Positions 62,046-64,000 of a DNA stretch of 64,000 bases are shown here, piece by piece. The notes below the pieces were generated by a model, which saw nothing but the letters and a program-made list of their open reading frames with translations, made no database searches and was not told the origin of the DNA. The DNA lies in the NCBI GenBank assembly GCA_951406725.2, contig OX597825.1:57288001-57352000 (forward strand). Reading direction: 5' to 3'. Source of the DNA: Octopus vulgaris (taxonomy: Eukaryota). How positions within the stretch are numbered: the first letter of the stretch is position 1; every line of letters begins with the position of its first letter. The position numbers and the translations under genes were made by a program.

Positions 62046-64000
62046 TACCAGTGTAGTTTTTATGTTTGCTTTCCACATCAGCATCGATTAGATGGATCAT
62101 CATGGTTCACAACAGTTCTTATTCAAAAGTTACTGTCCTCCTAGACAGGTTGGGAACTAAGTGTCACTCAAACATTCCAGTTTTGATAAGATCTCTGAAA
62201 CAAAAAGCCCTTCCCAGTATTAAACACTTTACAGAGTGTAATGGGCAAACACTTACACACATACACAATACATTTGTTCATTTATTTTATGACCATTTTT
62301 CTAAGCTAGCATGGGTTGGATGGTTTGACAGGAGCTGGTCAGCCAAAGAGCTATCCAGGCACCAACTGTTTGTTTTGGTATGGCTTCTGCTCAAAAAGAC
62401 AACTGGAGCCAAGACTTGTTACCATAAACACAATGAGAGAGAAAGAATAAGAGATGATGGAGAAGAGAGAATAAGAATTTTCTTAAAATAATTTCCTTAA
62501 TTCAATTAACAGGAGAACTTGTTAAGAATATTCTATCTCGGAACCACTTTATGCTAATCAATCAGATAGCTCTTTTCTGAAAGCAGTCTAGCATGTAGTA
62601 GCATCTGGGCAAGATCAAGAAAGACATGTTACAGATGTGGTAGATCTCAAAGTGTCAGCACCTTCCAGATGAGATAACATGGGGACTAGAACAAATAGTC
62701 ATCTACTGTATTATGATGACGATGGTGATGATGATGATAGTGGCAATGGTCAAGACATTGATAGTGCTAATAATGAATCTGTTTACAGCTAGAATCCAAA
62801 TTCTTGTTACCAGCCAATTGTCATCCTCCTATCTAGCTAAAAAGATTCAAGCGGAAATCATTTGACATAGATTCTAGAAGAGAAGTCAGTCTGGTACAAC
62901 AGTTCCTGGTAGAGAACAGGAAACTATAGAAACAAGGAAATTAGACAGAAGCAGAACTAAAAGGTGGTAGGTTTAAGTGGGCTGAATCTTGGATATAAGA
63001 GCATGATAAACTGGAACAAGTTAAGGAAATAATGGCTGCTTTTACACCAGCAGATTGTTGTTTCTCTATCAGCATTTCCAACTAATTCTACAAGTCTAAG
63101 AAGGAATGTTTATGGAACAGATCAACCTGCTAGAAATAGCAGCCAATCTCCCTTAAATCACACCATGCCAACACTGGATTATGCAGGCCTTGATTGTTGA
63201 AAGAAAACAGGAATGATCACAACCAAAATGTCTTTGGTCAAAGGTCTGTGTAACTAGGGCCAGCCTGGGGATAAACAACATGCTGATCATAGCTCAGAGC
63301 AAGCAGGGCTGATCTGAGGCTAAACAATATATACTTTTACATACCATTATGCTGATCATAGGTCTGCTCAACCATGACCACCCTAGGCTAAACAAGATTT
63401 ATTTCTACATACAGGTATAATGAAGATATATATTTTTTGTTTTCATTATGCCAAGTTTCGTTGTTCTACTGCTATGGGAAGTGGGTCAGGGGCATTACTT
63501 ATTGAACGCCCCTCCTAACAATTATTTCTTTTTCACAGCTGGATGGATGCTCCTTCATACCACTAACCACTCAACTGTGAAACAGGGAAATAGAGATTAC
63601 ATCAAGGGAGTTACTTATTTGGGATCTGTTCAATTTGGCTTACAGATTTTTTAATTAATTTTTTTTAAACCAGAGTTTCAGACTTTGTATACTGGTGGAA
63701 TTTCTCATCCAGAGTACAGTTTGCTTTGAACATTTTTGACAAAATTTCATATTTCAGAAGTTATTTTGTATTAAAGTTATTATATTTGGGTAATCAATGA
63801 CATGTATTCAGTTGAAGAAAGCTACTACTGTTTGTGATAGTAATCGAAGAGGAATAACTTCCGGGTCATCTCTACTAAATGTCACCACTCAGTTCTATTT
63901 TATTTTTTGTTTACTGTCTGTGTTGCATATTACACGCTTTTTATTTTTCTTGGTTCTCACGTCGGAGTAACCAGTGACCATATAGAGCTACAGGTCCACA

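Overview
This is eukaryotic, AT-rich, repeat-dense DNA. The SINE families and (TA/TG)n microsatellite load strongly suggest an Octopus/coleoid cephalopod genome (inference). Two convergent spliced genes can be built by hand. (1) A + strand gene has a CCAAT/E-box/E2F-like promoter near 7.8 kb and coding exons at 21741/21780-21845, 22477-22564, 29704-29816 and 32896-33225. It encodes a ~198-aa disordered protein with a basic RRTRSRSR core and a long Glu/Asp tail (HMGN-like architecture), followed by a long U-rich 3'UTR. (2) A - strand GH31 MYORG/KIAA1161-like type II membrane protein (~645 aa) has an ATG-ending exon at 60649-60578 and a large exon at 53114-51180. Its GH31 catalytic aspartates appear to be lost. 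The rest is SINEs, decayed CR1-, R4/Dong-, RTE- and Tx1-like LINEs, a full-length decayed mariner, hAT/piggyBac/Tc2-type MITEs, non-autonomous Helitrons and Penelope-like fragments with minimal hammerhead ribozymes. The most notable observations are the GH31 pseudoenzyme, a dual poison/alternative-start exon in gene 1, a long 3'UTR hairpin that buries a poly(A) signal, a 192-bp spacerless palindrome, a ~1.6-kb intronic foldback and an array of ~12 degenerate palindromic motifs. No CRISPR, rRNA or true tRNA gene was seen. All coordinates were read by eye, and repeat boundaries are approximate.
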